Assembly: GCA_032128375.1 (NCBI GenBank) | Contig: JAQBGU010000020.1 | Location: 1-35,809 of the forward strand | DNA length: 35,809 bases | Direction of reading: 5' to 3' | Source of the DNA: Deltaproteobacteria bacterium | GTDB lineage: Bacteria; Myxococcota_A; UBA9160; SMWR01 | Part shown: in pieces, positions 1-9,144 of the stretch | Layout: each line of letters starts with the position of its first letter | Position numbering within the stretch: position 1 is the stretch's first letter | The notes under the pieces: model-generated | Told to the model about the DNA's origin: nothing | Database searches by the model: none | Seen by the model: only the letters and a program-made list of their open reading frames with translations | Translations under genes and position numbers: made by a program

Positions 1-901
1 CCTGTATGGGCACGCGCTGGCCGTCGAGTAGCGCACAGGCGTGCGCGTCGGGTCTCACCTGCTGGTACCCATCGGCGAGACCGAGCGGCACGACACCGAC
101 CCGTGCCGGTTTGCGCGGGTCTCCGGGCTCACCGACATGGATGAGCCGACTCTTGATCGCCCGCACGACCGGTCGGTAATCGCCCGCGACGGCGATCTCT
201 TTGGCGATCGGAGACATTCCATACAGCAGACTCCCCGGACAAACTGAATTGGCACGACTCTCGATTCCCGCCATCAGCGCGGAGCTGGCGAGCGCCTGGG
301 TGACGGGGATGTCGATCCCATCGGCGTCTAATCCGTCGAGCAACGCATCGAATGCCGCGTAGCGCTCGCGCGCCCAGTCGAGGTCCTGCTTGTCGTGGAA
401 CGATAGGTGGGTGTAGACGCCGTCGACCCTGACGTTGTCGAGTTCGGACACTTGACGAATGAAGTCGCGAGCGGCCGAAAGTGGCACGCCGAGTCGTCCG
501 AGACCCGAGTCGACCTTGATGTAGACACCGGTCGGCTGCTTCGCTGCCTCGGTGACCGCGCGGGCGCTCGTCCAGTCGTGGACAGTCGGCGTGAGGTTGC
601 GGTCGATCAGCGTGGCGATGCCTTCGGGCAGCGGACCTGCGAACATCAGAATCGGCAGGTCCACGCCTGCTTCGCGAATCGCGGACGCGTCGTGCAAGTT
701 CCCCGTCGCCAGCGATTCGACACCGCAGTCGGCCAGGCAGCGGGCTACCGGAGCAATGCCATGGCCGTATGCGTCGCCTTTTAGAGCCGCGATGATACGG
801 GTGCCTGCTGCGAGGTTCGATCGCAAGACGCGCACGTTGTGAGCCAGGGCTGCGAGATCGATCTCCATCCAGCTGGGACGCACCGCTTCTTCTAACTCCA
901 T
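1..901 (-). CDS. Alanine racemase-family PLP enzyme (fold type III), divergent; C-terminal end runs off the left edge
   Basis: Not in the ORF track. Manual translation from ATG 901 is open to the edge: MELEEAVRPSWMEIDLAALAHN...AALKGDAYGHG (PLP Lys motif)...YIKVDSGLGRLG...GVYTHL...PGSLLYG...PLGLADGY. Confidence 0.88.
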   Translation of the reverse strand, partial: MELEEAVRPSWMEIDLAALAHNVRVLRSNLAAGTRIIAALKGDAYGHGIAPVARCLADCGVESLATGNLHDASAIREAGVDLPILMFAGPLPEGIATLIDRNLTPTVHDWTSARAVTEAAKQPTGVYIKVDSGLGRLGVPLSAARDFIRQVSELDNVRVDGVYTHLSFHDKQDLDWARERYAAFDALLDGLDADGIDIPVTQALASSALMAGIESRANSVCPGSLLYGMSPIAKEIAVAGDYRPVVRAIKSRLIHVGEPGDPRKPARVGVVPLGLADGYQQVRPDAHACALLDGQRVPIQ

Positions 902-1141
902 GATCGCCTTCCCCGCCTCGGTTCGATCGCTGCCCGGAGCGTAGTCGCTGCAGGGATCTTTGAACGAGGGAGTCGTGAGAAAAGCCACGGAGCCTGCGAA
1001 GCAAACGCCGCGCAGGCTCCGTGGCTTGCATTTCCCGGCGGCGCTGGGAAACTACTTGGCGGGCGCCGTCTGGGCGTGACATCCGATGGAACAATGTTCC
1101 GCGCGCCTGCGCCGAGCCGACTGCCTGGAAAGGGCCACTGC

Positions 1142-1465
1142 GTGAAGTGCCTCTACGAGACCGCGGATCGAACACTTGCCCAACTCATTCGCAGCGCCCT
1201 CGAAGCGGAGGGCGTTGGGGTGATCGTGCAGGGCGAACACCTGACCTCGCTGCAGGGAGAGACGCCGGCGGGTGCATCTGCCCAGTACCGTGTCCTGCTC
1301 AGCGACGACGAGCAATCGCCGAAGGCCGAGCGCCTGGTGGCCGACTGGATTTCCGCGAGGAGTGCCACAAACACCGGGTCGTGGACTTGCGCTACATGCG
1401 GAGAACGCCACGAGCCGCAGTTCGAGTTGTGCTGGAAGTGCGGCGAGGCGTTCGACGCGAGCTGA
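1142..1465 (+). CDS. DUF2007-like (putative signal-transducing) protein with C-terminal zinc ribbon
   Basis: AQLIRSALEAEGVGVIVQGEHL is DUF2007-like; the C-terminus WTCATCGERHEPQFELCWKCG has CxxC...CxxC. GTG 1142 preferred over the track start at 1076. Confidence 0.75.
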   Translation: MKCLYETADRTLAQLIRSALEAEGVGVIVQGEHLTSLQGETPAGASAQYRVLLSDDEQSPKAERLVADWISARSATNTGSWTCATCGERHEPQFELCWKCGEAFDAS

Positions 1466-1636
1466 CGCGTCAGCATTCGATGATGCGGGCCTGGGCCCGA
1501 TCCCACCACAGAAGTGTGACGCAGCGCCCGGCCGAGTTGGCCAACGTTCGGTCTGCCATCTGCGATATCGGGCCGGGTGACCGACGAAGTCGCAACACGG
1601 GCAATCTGCCGATGTATGCGCGTTGAATACTGTGGA

Positions 1637-2551
1637 TTACTTGCGCGCGAGTGCGTGCGCGACCTCGACGATCTGCTCGATCAGCAGCCGTGTGGAAGGC
1701 GACCGGGTTCGATGTCGGACCAGGTGGATGCCGTCATTTGTACGCAACGCCGGCGGTGCAGCCAGAAACACCAGCGGACCACCCTGGCAGACGTCCTGGG
1801 CCAGCGACAGCGGCACCATCGTGATGGCGCGCCCCGCCTTCGCGAGTTCGAGACATGCTGCCGTCGTCTCGAGCCGGTAGAAGGGAAATCGTCCCGAGGC
1901 CAGCGCTTCATCGAACGGCGCTGGCAGGTCTCGCGCCTGGATTGGCGCGGGTGTCGGCATCGCCCAGGGAACTTGTGCGAGTTCTTCGATGCTCACGTCA
2001 CCGGCCGCCGCGACTGGATGGTCCGCAGCCAGCACGACCACCAGCGGCTCGGAGGGTAGTTCGATGATCTCGATATCCGCGGCAGCGGGCGAATCCTCGT
2101 ACTTGCTCATGTCACAAACGACGAAGTCGAGCTCGCGCCCGAGCAGAGCAGTCAGCAGGTCACGAGCGGTTCCCGCGACCACACTCACCTGGATCCCGTG
2201 ATGCGTCGCAGAAAGCGCGCGGATCGCCCCGGTCAGCAGCGGTTGTGCGGGGTAGGGCCCAGTGCCCACACGGACGTGGCCCGTTTCGCCCCCGCTGAGA
2301 CGTTCCGCCGCCTCTTCGAACGCGAGCATTGCGTCGATCACATCGCGGGCGCGCTGGATCAGGCCCTCGGCTGCATCGGTAGGCTCGACCGAATGGGTCG
2401 TGCGATCGAACAGGCGTTGACCGAGCTGATCTTCCAGCTTCTGCAGGCTGCGACTGAGTGCGGATTGTGTGACCGCGTGTTGCTGGGCCGCCTGAACGAA
2501 GCTTCGCAGACGGTAGAGCGCCTCGAAGTGCTGAAGCTGCTTGAATTGCAT
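1637..2551 (-). CDS. LysR-family transcriptional regulator
   Basis: MQFKQLQHFEALYRLRSFVQAAQQHAVTQSALSRSLQKLEDQLGQRLFDRTT is a LysR HTH. Start trimmed to ATG 2551. Divergent from the glpD operon. Confidence 0.95.
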   Translation of the reverse strand: MQFKQLQHFEALYRLRSFVQAAQQHAVTQSALSRSLQKLEDQLGQRLFDRTTHSVEPTDAAEGLIQRARDVIDAMLAFEEAAERLSGGETGHVRVGTGPYPAQPLLTGAIRALSATHHGIQVSVVAGTARDLLTALLGRELDFVVCDMSKYEDSPAAADIEIIELPSEPLVVVLAADHPVAAAGDVSIEELAQVPWAMPTPAPIQARDLPAPFDEALASGRFPFYRLETTAACLELAKAGRAITMVPLSLAQDVCQGGPLVFLAAPPALRTNDGIHLVRHRTRSPSTRLLIEQIVEVAHALARK

Positions 2552-2598
2552 TCTCTGCTGCCCCGAGTGCCCGCTCAATCGATCCAGGCGGGTCGTGG

Positions 2599-2655
2599 TT
2601 GGACCGTGGTTCGATCGTGATCGCGTCGCACTTGGACCGTGGTCCGATCGTGATC
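2599..2655. repeat. 24-bp direct repeat, 2 copies, in the lysR/glpD intergenic region
   Basis: ttggaccgtggttcgatcgtgatc (2599-2622) and ttggaccgtggtccgatcgtgatc (2632-2655); 1 mismatch, 33-bp period. Confidence 0.8.
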
Positions 2656-2718
2656 CGATCATAACTTGATGAGGAAAGATCATCACCAGAGCGATTTCAA
2701 TGAGTGTATGGTAACCGG

Positions 2719-4383
2719 GTGCCGATCTCGAATCCCACTGGGCGTCCCGCCGATCTCGATTTTCGCGATCGCGCACGTCACTTCCAGGCCATCGAGGAGC
2801 GTCCCTTCGACCTGATCGTGATTGGCGGCGGCATCACCGGTGCCGGCGTCGCGCGTTCGGCAGCGGGGCGTGGGCTTCGCGTAGCGCTGGTCGAAGCGCA
2901 AGATCTGGCTTCCGGTACCAGCAGTCGAAGCTCGAAAATGATTCACGGTGGCGTTCGTTATCTGGCCCAGGGGGATGTCGCGCTGGTTCGCGAAGCCGCC
3001 CATGAGCGCCAGATTCTCCGACAGATCGCGCCGCATCTAACACGTTTCATGCCCTTCCTGCTGCCGACGCACTCCGCGGCGGGAATGGCGAAGTTTCGCG
3101 CCGCCATGTGGGCCTTCGAGAAGCTCGGACAAATTCCCAGGCCGGAACGCCATGAGGTCTGGAACGCGAAGGAGCTGGCGTCGCGTGAGCCGGTCGCCGC
3201 TGCGCCGGGCACGAACGGAGCCGTCCTCTACTTTGAATTTCTGACCGACGACGCACGCCTCACCCTCGCCAACGCGCGCAGCGCGGCTGCGGACGGCGCG
3301 CACATTCTCAGCTACGCGCCTGTGACGAAGATCGCACTCGAAAACGGTCGCGCGGTCGGGGTCCACTGCCAGAGTTCTCTTCCAGGCGAGACACTCGAGG
3401 CGCGCGTTCGCGGGCGCGTGATCGTGAACGCCGCCGGCCCGTGGGTCGATGCGATTCGCGCGCTCGAAGCACCCGACGACACACCTCGGCTTGCGCTGAC
3501 CAAGGGGATCCATCTCGTCGTCACGCATGCGCGTCTACCGCTCTCGCGCACGGTGCTGATGAGCGCTTCCGACAAACGCCCGGTATTCGCCGTGCCGCGC
3601 GGCGATGTTGCCTACCTCGGCACCACAGACACCTTCCACCGCAGCCTCGGATACTGGCCCGAAGTCGAGTCCGCGGATGTCGATTATCTGCTCGAGGCCG
3701 CTTCGCGCTCCTTCCGCATCGACGCGCTGTCGGCCGCTGACGTCGTATCGTCCTGGACGGGCGTGAGGCCGCTCGTCTCCCAGGCCGGCAAGAGCCCTTC
3801 GGAAATTTCCCGACGCGACGAGGTCTGGACCGGACCGGGTGGCATCCTCTCGATCGCCGGCGGAAAGCTCACCGCGTATCGTCGAATGGCCGAGCGCGTT
3901 GTCGACACTGTCGTGGAACGCCTCGGCAAATCGGCGAGCAAGGAGATCTCTGACTCGATCCCGCTGGTGGGGGGCGACTTCGACCCCGCGCCGATCGATG
4001 ACGCTGCCAAGGCCGGCAAGCAACCCCCGAATCGACTCGTCGATCTATACGGATCGGAGGCGCCCGACGTCAAGGCCGACGGAGGCGACGTAGCTGCAGA
4101 GGTTCGCCAGGCGGTTCGGCGGGAAGGGGCGCTGCGCCTCGAAGACTACTGGGTGCGGCGCGCAGCGCGAGCGTTTTTCGATCTCGATGCCGGGTTGTCG
4201 ACTTTGGAACCCGCCTCCATCGAGATGGGCAAGCTACTCGAGTGGAACGAGGAAACCCGCGTCGCCGAAGTCGCAGCCTGCCGACTCAGGCACGAAAAGA
4301 ACAACTCACTATTCGACCGAGCTCGAAACGTCACGCGCCTCGGAGATTCGGAAAGAGTGGATCGTCAAGGAGTCAAGGAGTAG
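2719..4383 (+). CDS. glpD: FAD-dependent glycerol-3-phosphate dehydrogenase/oxidase family
   Basis: DLIVIGGGITGAG, ASGTSSRSSKMIHGGVRYL, VNAAGPW, WTGVRPL, GGKLTAYRRMAE. Start uncertain (GTG 2704 or GTG 2719). Confidence 0.92.
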   Translation: MPISNPTGRPADLDFRDRARHFQAIEERPFDLIVIGGGITGAGVARSAAGRGLRVALVEAQDLASGTSSRSSKMIHGGVRYLAQGDVALVREAAHERQILRQIAPHLTRFMPFLLPTHSAAGMAKFRAAMWAFEKLGQIPRPERHEVWNAKELASREPVAAAPGTNGAVLYFEFLTDDARLTLANARSAAADGAHILSYAPVTKIALENGRAVGVHCQSSLPGETLEARVRGRVIVNAAGPWVDAIRALEAPDDTPRLALTKGIHLVVTHARLPLSRTVLMSASDKRPVFAVPRGDVAYLGTTDTFHRSLGYWPEVESADVDYLLEAASRSFRIDALSAADVVSSWTGVRPLVSQAGKSPSEISRRDEVWTGPGGILSIAGGKLTAYRRMAERVVDTVVERLGKSASKEISDSIPLVGGDFDPAPIDDAAKAGKQPPNRLVDLYGSEAPDVKADGGDVAAEVRQAVRREGALRLEDYWVRRAARAFFDLDAGLSTLEPASIEMGKLLEWNEETRVAEVAACRLRHEKNNSLFDRARNVTRLGDSERVDRQGVKE

Positions 4384-4389
4384 AGGACC

Positions 4390-5805
4390 ATGAAGCCCCA
4401 GGTCATCGACACCCTGCGCGAACAACTCGGCGTGGAAAAGGTTCTCATCGACGCTGAAGCACTCGATGAACGGCGCCACGACTACTGGGTACTGAGCCAT
4501 CTTCGAGACTTTCGTGGTGAGTCCCTGCCGCGGGCGGGCGTCGTCGTGCGACCCTCATCACCGACCGAGGTCCAGGCCATCGTTCGAGTCGCGTCACAGA
4601 CACAGACACCTCTGGTTCCCTTCGGTCTCGGTTCCGGTGTCTGCGGGGGAATCGGCCCCGACCCCTCGGTGATGCTGGTGGACCTCAGCGCGATGAACCG
4701 CATTCGCGAGATCGATGAAATCAATCTACTCGCGTCGTTCGATGCCGGCATTCAGGGGCTCGAAGCCGAGAATGCCGTCGCACAACGAGGTCTCACGATC
4801 GGCCATTGGCCCCAATCCGTCGCGATCAGCACTGTGGGTGGATGGGTGTCGACGCGAGCGGCAGGCCAGTTCTCGACCGCGTACGGAAATATCGAGGACA
4901 TCGTCTACTCGATCGAGGCGGTGCTACCGAACGGCGAGCTGGTACAGCTCGGGAAAGCGCCACGCGCCGCGGCCGGACCCGACCTCCGGCATCTCCTGCT
5001 GGGTGCCGAGGGAACCATGGGCATCGTGACGGGTGTGACGCTGGCGTTGCGGCGCCAGCCAGAAGAGCGAGCCTATACGACCTACTACACACCGTCACTG
5101 TCGTCCGGTTTCGAGGCGCAGCGCGAAATCGTCCAATCGGACTGGCTTCCGCCGGTGATGCGCCAATATGATGCATCGGAGGTCGCCCGAAATTTCAAGG
5201 ACCTCACGGCTGACACTTTCGAGGATCGAGGAATTCTGCTCATGGTGCACGAGGGGCCGTCCGCTCGCGTCGCCGTAGAAGTCGAAGCGGTGGCTGCGAT
5301 TGCTGCGCGCTGTGGTCTCCAGACCGCGCCGGCCGAAGTCGGGCCGCACTGGATGGAGCACAGGAACCACGTGCCCTCCTGGCGCCAGCTCTTCGAGAGA
5401 AACCTGGTGGCAGATACGATCGAGGTATCTGCACCCTGGACGCGAATCGAAGCACTCTACGAAGACGCGACCGCGAGCCTGCGCGAACTGGATGCCGTCG
5501 TGATCGCATCGGCCCACAGCTCCCACGTCTACCGCACGGGCATCAACCTGTACTTTACCTTCGTCGCACGCCATGAAGACACAGCAGACATGGAAGCAAC
5601 GTATCTCGAGTGTTGGCGGCGTGTGATGCAGGCCACCGCACGCAACGGCGGCGGCATCGCGCATCACCACGGCGCGGGACGACTGCGAAAGCCCTACCTC
5701 GTCCACGATCTCGGCGACACCGGCGTTTCGTTGCTGCGCAGCATCAAGGGAGTCCTCGATCCGCAGGGACTCATGAATCCGGGCAACTTGATTCCCGATG
5801 CCTGA
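4390..5805 (+). CDS. Alkyl-dihydroxyacetonephosphate synthase (AGPS)-like FAD oxidoreductase (VAO/PCMH family)
   Basis: GHWPQS, STVGGWVSTRAAGQFST.YG.IED, P.AAAGPDL, GAEGTMG, HSSHVY..G...YF, HHHG.G and C-terminal DPQGLMNPG. GAGG SD upstream. Confidence 0.88.
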   Translation: MKPQVIDTLREQLGVEKVLIDAEALDERRHDYWVLSHLRDFRGESLPRAGVVVRPSSPTEVQAIVRVASQTQTPLVPFGLGSGVCGGIGPDPSVMLVDLSAMNRIREIDEINLLASFDAGIQGLEAENAVAQRGLTIGHWPQSVAISTVGGWVSTRAAGQFSTAYGNIEDIVYSIEAVLPNGELVQLGKAPRAAAGPDLRHLLLGAEGTMGIVTGVTLALRRQPEERAYTTYYTPSLSSGFEAQREIVQSDWLPPVMRQYDASEVARNFKDLTADTFEDRGILLMVHEGPSARVAVEVEAVAAIAARCGLQTAPAEVGPHWMEHRNHVPSWRQLFERNLVADTIEVSAPWTRIEALYEDATASLRELDAVVIASAHSSHVYRTGINLYFTFVARHEDTADMEATYLECWRRVMQATARNGGGIAHHHGAGRLRKPYLVHDLGDTGVSLLRSIKGVLDPQGLMNPGNLIPDA

Positions 5806-7249
5806 ACTCGTTCTCGGGCTCGACGTCGGTTCGACGAGCGCTCGGGCACTCGTCATCGACCTCTCGGGTCGCGTAAATGGACAAGCCCAGACGAGGTTGA
5901 CATCGATGCACTCGGTACCGGGGCGCGTCGAGCAGGACCCGCGCGAAGTCTGGAAGCGCGTCGAAGAGACGATGGCGCAGGCGCTATCGGCGGCGGGTCG
6001 TCGGGCATCGGACCTCGGCGCAGTCGGGGTTGCAGCGCAGCGCTCGAGCGTCGTCGTATGGGAACGCGCAACCGGCGAGCCGCTCGGGCCGATGATCGTG
6101 TGGAGCGATCTGCGCGGGATGAAGCGCGCTGCGGAACTCCGGGCAGCGGGTCACCTCGCGCATCCAATCGCAGCGGCATCGAAACTCGAGGCTGCTCTCG
6201 ACGGCATCGATGGCGGGCGCGCTCGAGCTGCCGCGGGAGAGCTCGCCTGGGGCACCCTCGACAGTTTCCTCGTGTACCGACTCACAGCTGGCGCGCTTCA
6301 CGCGACCGACTACTCGAACGCCTGGTCGACGTCCTACCTCGACCCGGCAACGATGAAGGACTGGAATGCCGAACTGATCGAATTTCAGCAGCTCCCGATC
6401 GGACTGTTCCCGAAGTTATGCGACACCTACGGCCCGCTCGGCACTGCCGCCGCGACGGTACTCGGGAGCGACGTCCCCCTCGGCGCGATCGTTGCTGACC
6501 AGCAGTGCGGAATGTTTGCCCACGGCGCTTGGGATGCGGGCGCTTGGAAGGCGAGCTATGGAACCTCGGCGACGCTGATGGTTTCGACCGCAGCCGCAGC
6601 GACGCTCGCACCGGGGCTGATGCCGATGCTGGTCGCCAGCCATTCGGGCCAGACGCTCTTCGCCGTCGAGGGTATGGTGATTTCGGCTGGCGCACTGCTG
6701 GATTGGCTGGTCCGCGATCTTGGGCTGTTCGCATCAATCGAGGAACTCACGCGCGCCGCTGCTTCGGTCGATTCGAGTGACGGCGTCGCAATTCGTCCCG
6801 CGCTGAACGGACTCGGCGCCCCACACAACGATTCAACCCCGCGAGCCGCGATCGTGGGGCTCTGCTCGGCGACCACGTCCAAGCAGATCGCGCGCGCGGC
6901 CTTCGAAAGTCTGGCCTTTCGCATGCGGGAGATCGTCGAAGCCGTTGCTGCGATCGATGGACTCGCACCGCCCGACGCGCTGCCGGTCGATGGCGGCGTC
7001 GCGGCCAACGATGTGTTCCTGCAGATTCAGGCCGACGTCCTCAGCCGCCCTGTGGACCGCCACAAGCATCGTGAAGCGACTGCGCTGGGTGCGTGCATCG
7101 CGGCGGCCTTGGGGGTTGGCCTGGCGAGCCGTGAGGAACTCGCGCCACTGACGCGAACGGGAAAGAGGTTTGAGCCTTCGATCGCCCCTGGAGACGCCGC
7201 GGCCCGATTCTCCCAATGGCGCGCGGCATTGGGGCTCGCGGCCGGCTGA
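5798..7249 (+). CDS. glpK: Glycerol kinase-like FGGY carbohydrate kinase
   Basis: LGLDVGSTSARA, GRVEQDP, QRSSVVVW, WSDLR, GTLDSFL, DQQ, KASYGTS, DGGVAAND, EATALGA. Overlaps the upstream stop (ATGCCTGA). Confidence 0.88.
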   Translation: MPELVLGLDVGSTSARALVIDLSGRVNGQAQTRLTSMHSVPGRVEQDPREVWKRVEETMAQALSAAGRRASDLGAVGVAAQRSSVVVWERATGEPLGPMIVWSDLRGMKRAAELRAAGHLAHPIAAASKLEAALDGIDGGRARAAAGELAWGTLDSFLVYRLTAGALHATDYSNAWSTSYLDPATMKDWNAELIEFQQLPIGLFPKLCDTYGPLGTAAATVLGSDVPLGAIVADQQCGMFAHGAWDAGAWKASYGTSATLMVSTAAAATLAPGLMPMLVASHSGQTLFAVEGMVISAGALLDWLVRDLGLFASIEELTRAAASVDSSDGVAIRPALNGLGAPHNDSTPRAAIVGLCSATTSKQIARAAFESLAFRMREIVEAVAAIDGLAPPDALPVDGGVAANDVFLQIQADVLSRPVDRHKHREATALGACIAAALGVGLASREELAPLTRTGKRFEPSIAPGDAAARFSQWRAALGLAAG

Positions 7250-7330
7250 GGCGTGTCGGTCGTCGACGGGGTTTCACCCGATTGTACTGACCGGCATGCT
7301 GAAGTCGAAGACGAGGTCGGCGACCCGCTT

Positions 7331-8596
7331 CTATGCAACTCTTTCGAGTTCGATCCGCTTTCTGCCGCGCACGAGAAACGAATCGACCATCGGCATCTCG
7401 GCGGTTGGGGGTGCGAAGCCGGGAAGCTCCGGGACGAGTGCTTCGAATGCGGCGCGCGCTTCGAGTCGAGCCAGCGATGCGCCGAGGCAGAAGTGGTGCC
7501 CGAAACCGAAGCCGACGTGTGCGGCTGGGCTGCGGGTGACATCGAATCGGTCCGGGTCGGAGAACTGCCGTTCGTCCCGATTCGCCGAGCCGAGCAGAGC
7601 GCCGATCATTTCGCCTTGCTTGATCGTGGTGCCGTAAAGTTTGACGTCTTCCGTCGCGGTGCGAAACACGATCTGGATCGGTGCGTCGTAGCGAAGCGTC
7701 TCTTCGATCAGGTTCGGCACCAACTCTGGATTTTTGACGACGCGATCCAACTGATCTGGATTCGCCAACAGAGCGCAGGTGCCGTTGCCGATCAGGTTGG
7801 TCGTAGTCTCGTTTCCTGCGACCAGAAGCAGTAATGCGAATTGAATGACCTCTCGCACCGAGAGAGCAGAGTCTCCGTCGCTCCCGCAGACGATCGCGCT
7901 GATCACGTCGTCGCGCGGATGTTTGGCTCGCTCGCGTGCCATCCGTTTCAGGTAGTTCGAAAAATCGATGAACACGTCTTGGAATTCGCGGCTGAACCGA
8001 TTCGCGCGCCCGGCGCCGGACGCCACGTGAACGACGCTGTCCGACCATCGTTTGAAATCGGAAAGTCGCTCCGACTCCACGCCGAGTAGTTCCGCGATGA
8101 TCGAAACCGGTACCGGGATAGCGACATCGCCTACGACGTCGAAGCGCTGTGCGCTGCGAACGCCAGAGATGCACTCGTCCACGACCGCTTGAACCCGGTT
8201 CTCCCAGGCCGCGATCTTTCTCGGCGTGAAACCGCGATTCACGATTGCGCGCATGGAAGCGTGACTCGCGCCGTCTTCGGCGATCAAGGTTCTCGCCGTC
8301 GCAAAGCCCAACGGGTTCATCCGCGTCTTGACTGCCATTCGAGCCAGGAACTTCACGATCTCGAAATTCAGCGGCGGTGCCGAATCTTCACCGCCATTCA
8401 TCAGCAACGTGAACATCGCCCGCGATGAATACGTGGTTGGCGTCTTGAGCACGTGCATCACATCGTCGTACCGCGACACGATCCAGCAGCGAAGGTCGGG
8501 CGCCCAGTGCACGGGCGCTTCGTCGCGAAGCCGCCGGTAGACAGGGTAGGGGTTTTCGCGATCTGCGGGCCGCGTCGGATCGTACGAGATGGTCAT
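7331..8596 (-). CDS. Cytochrome P450
   Basis: I-helix AGNETT, ExxR (ETLR), heme motif FGFGHHFCLG. Confidence 0.97.
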   Translation of the reverse strand: MTISYDPTRPADRENPYPVYRRLRDEAPVHWAPDLRCWIVSRYDDVMHVLKTPTTYSSRAMFTLLMNGGEDSAPPLNFEIVKFLARMAVKTRMNPLGFATARTLIAEDGASHASMRAIVNRGFTPRKIAAWENRVQAVVDECISGVRSAQRFDVVGDVAIPVPVSIIAELLGVESERLSDFKRWSDSVVHVASGAGRANRFSREFQDVFIDFSNYLKRMARERAKHPRDDVISAIVCGSDGDSALSVREVIQFALLLLVAGNETTTNLIGNGTCALLANPDQLDRVVKNPELVPNLIEETLRYDAPIQIVFRTATEDVKLYGTTIKQGEMIGALLGSANRDERQFSDPDRFDVTRSPAAHVGFGFGHHFCLGASLARLEARAAFEALVPELPGFAPPTAEMPMVDSFLVRGRKRIELERVA

Positions 8597-8666
8597 TGGA
8601 ACCTCGGACGGGCGCGGCCAGACGATAGCGTGTGTCGGGGAGATAGGCGCTGTCTCGCGCCCGCGG

Positions 8667-9092
8667 CTAGAGCAGTTGGTAGACGTCGTACTCGACGCCG
8701 CCGGGCACGGTCTTGCCGACGCCTACGGCCTGGATGTCGTTCAGCCACGCGTACCGCTCGTCGCCCGTCTCGAACGTGGGCGCGGTTCGGATTTGTAGGG
8801 TCCCATCGGGTTGGGCACGGCCGATTCCGCAGTACGTCACGAGAATTTCCGCACCATCGTCGGTTTTCAACAGCACTCGCACGTCGAGCCGGACCACGCC
8901 ACCGGACTGGAGGGTGACCCAGTCTCCGCCGGGCGTCTCCACGGTTCCGCGCAAGCGGGGACCCTCGAAACTGCCGGCCGTGACCGGGACGATCAGCCGG
9001 TTGCCCTTCGGGCCTCTTCCCACCGGGTGGGGATCACCGGTATCCGCACACATCGTCATGAGGTAGTCGACTTCGAGTGATTTCGCGGGCAT
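8667..9092 (-). CDS. DUF3237 (UPF0311) family protein
   Basis: GPKGNRLIVPVTAGSFEGPRLRG, GGDW, LDVR..LKTDDG, RTAPTFETGDERYAWLN. GGAG SD. Confidence 0.9.
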   Translation of the reverse strand: MPAKSLEVDYLMTMCADTGDPHPVGRGPKGNRLIVPVTAGSFEGPRLRGTVETPGGDWVTLQSGGVVRLDVRVLLKTDDGAEILVTYCGIGRAQPDGTLQIRTAPTFETGDERYAWLNDIQAVGVGKTVPGGVEYDVYQLL

Positions 9093-9144
9093 GGCGTTCT
9101 CCGTTTTGTCGGTTTCGCGGTGCGGGGCGCCGGTTCGCTCGGCG

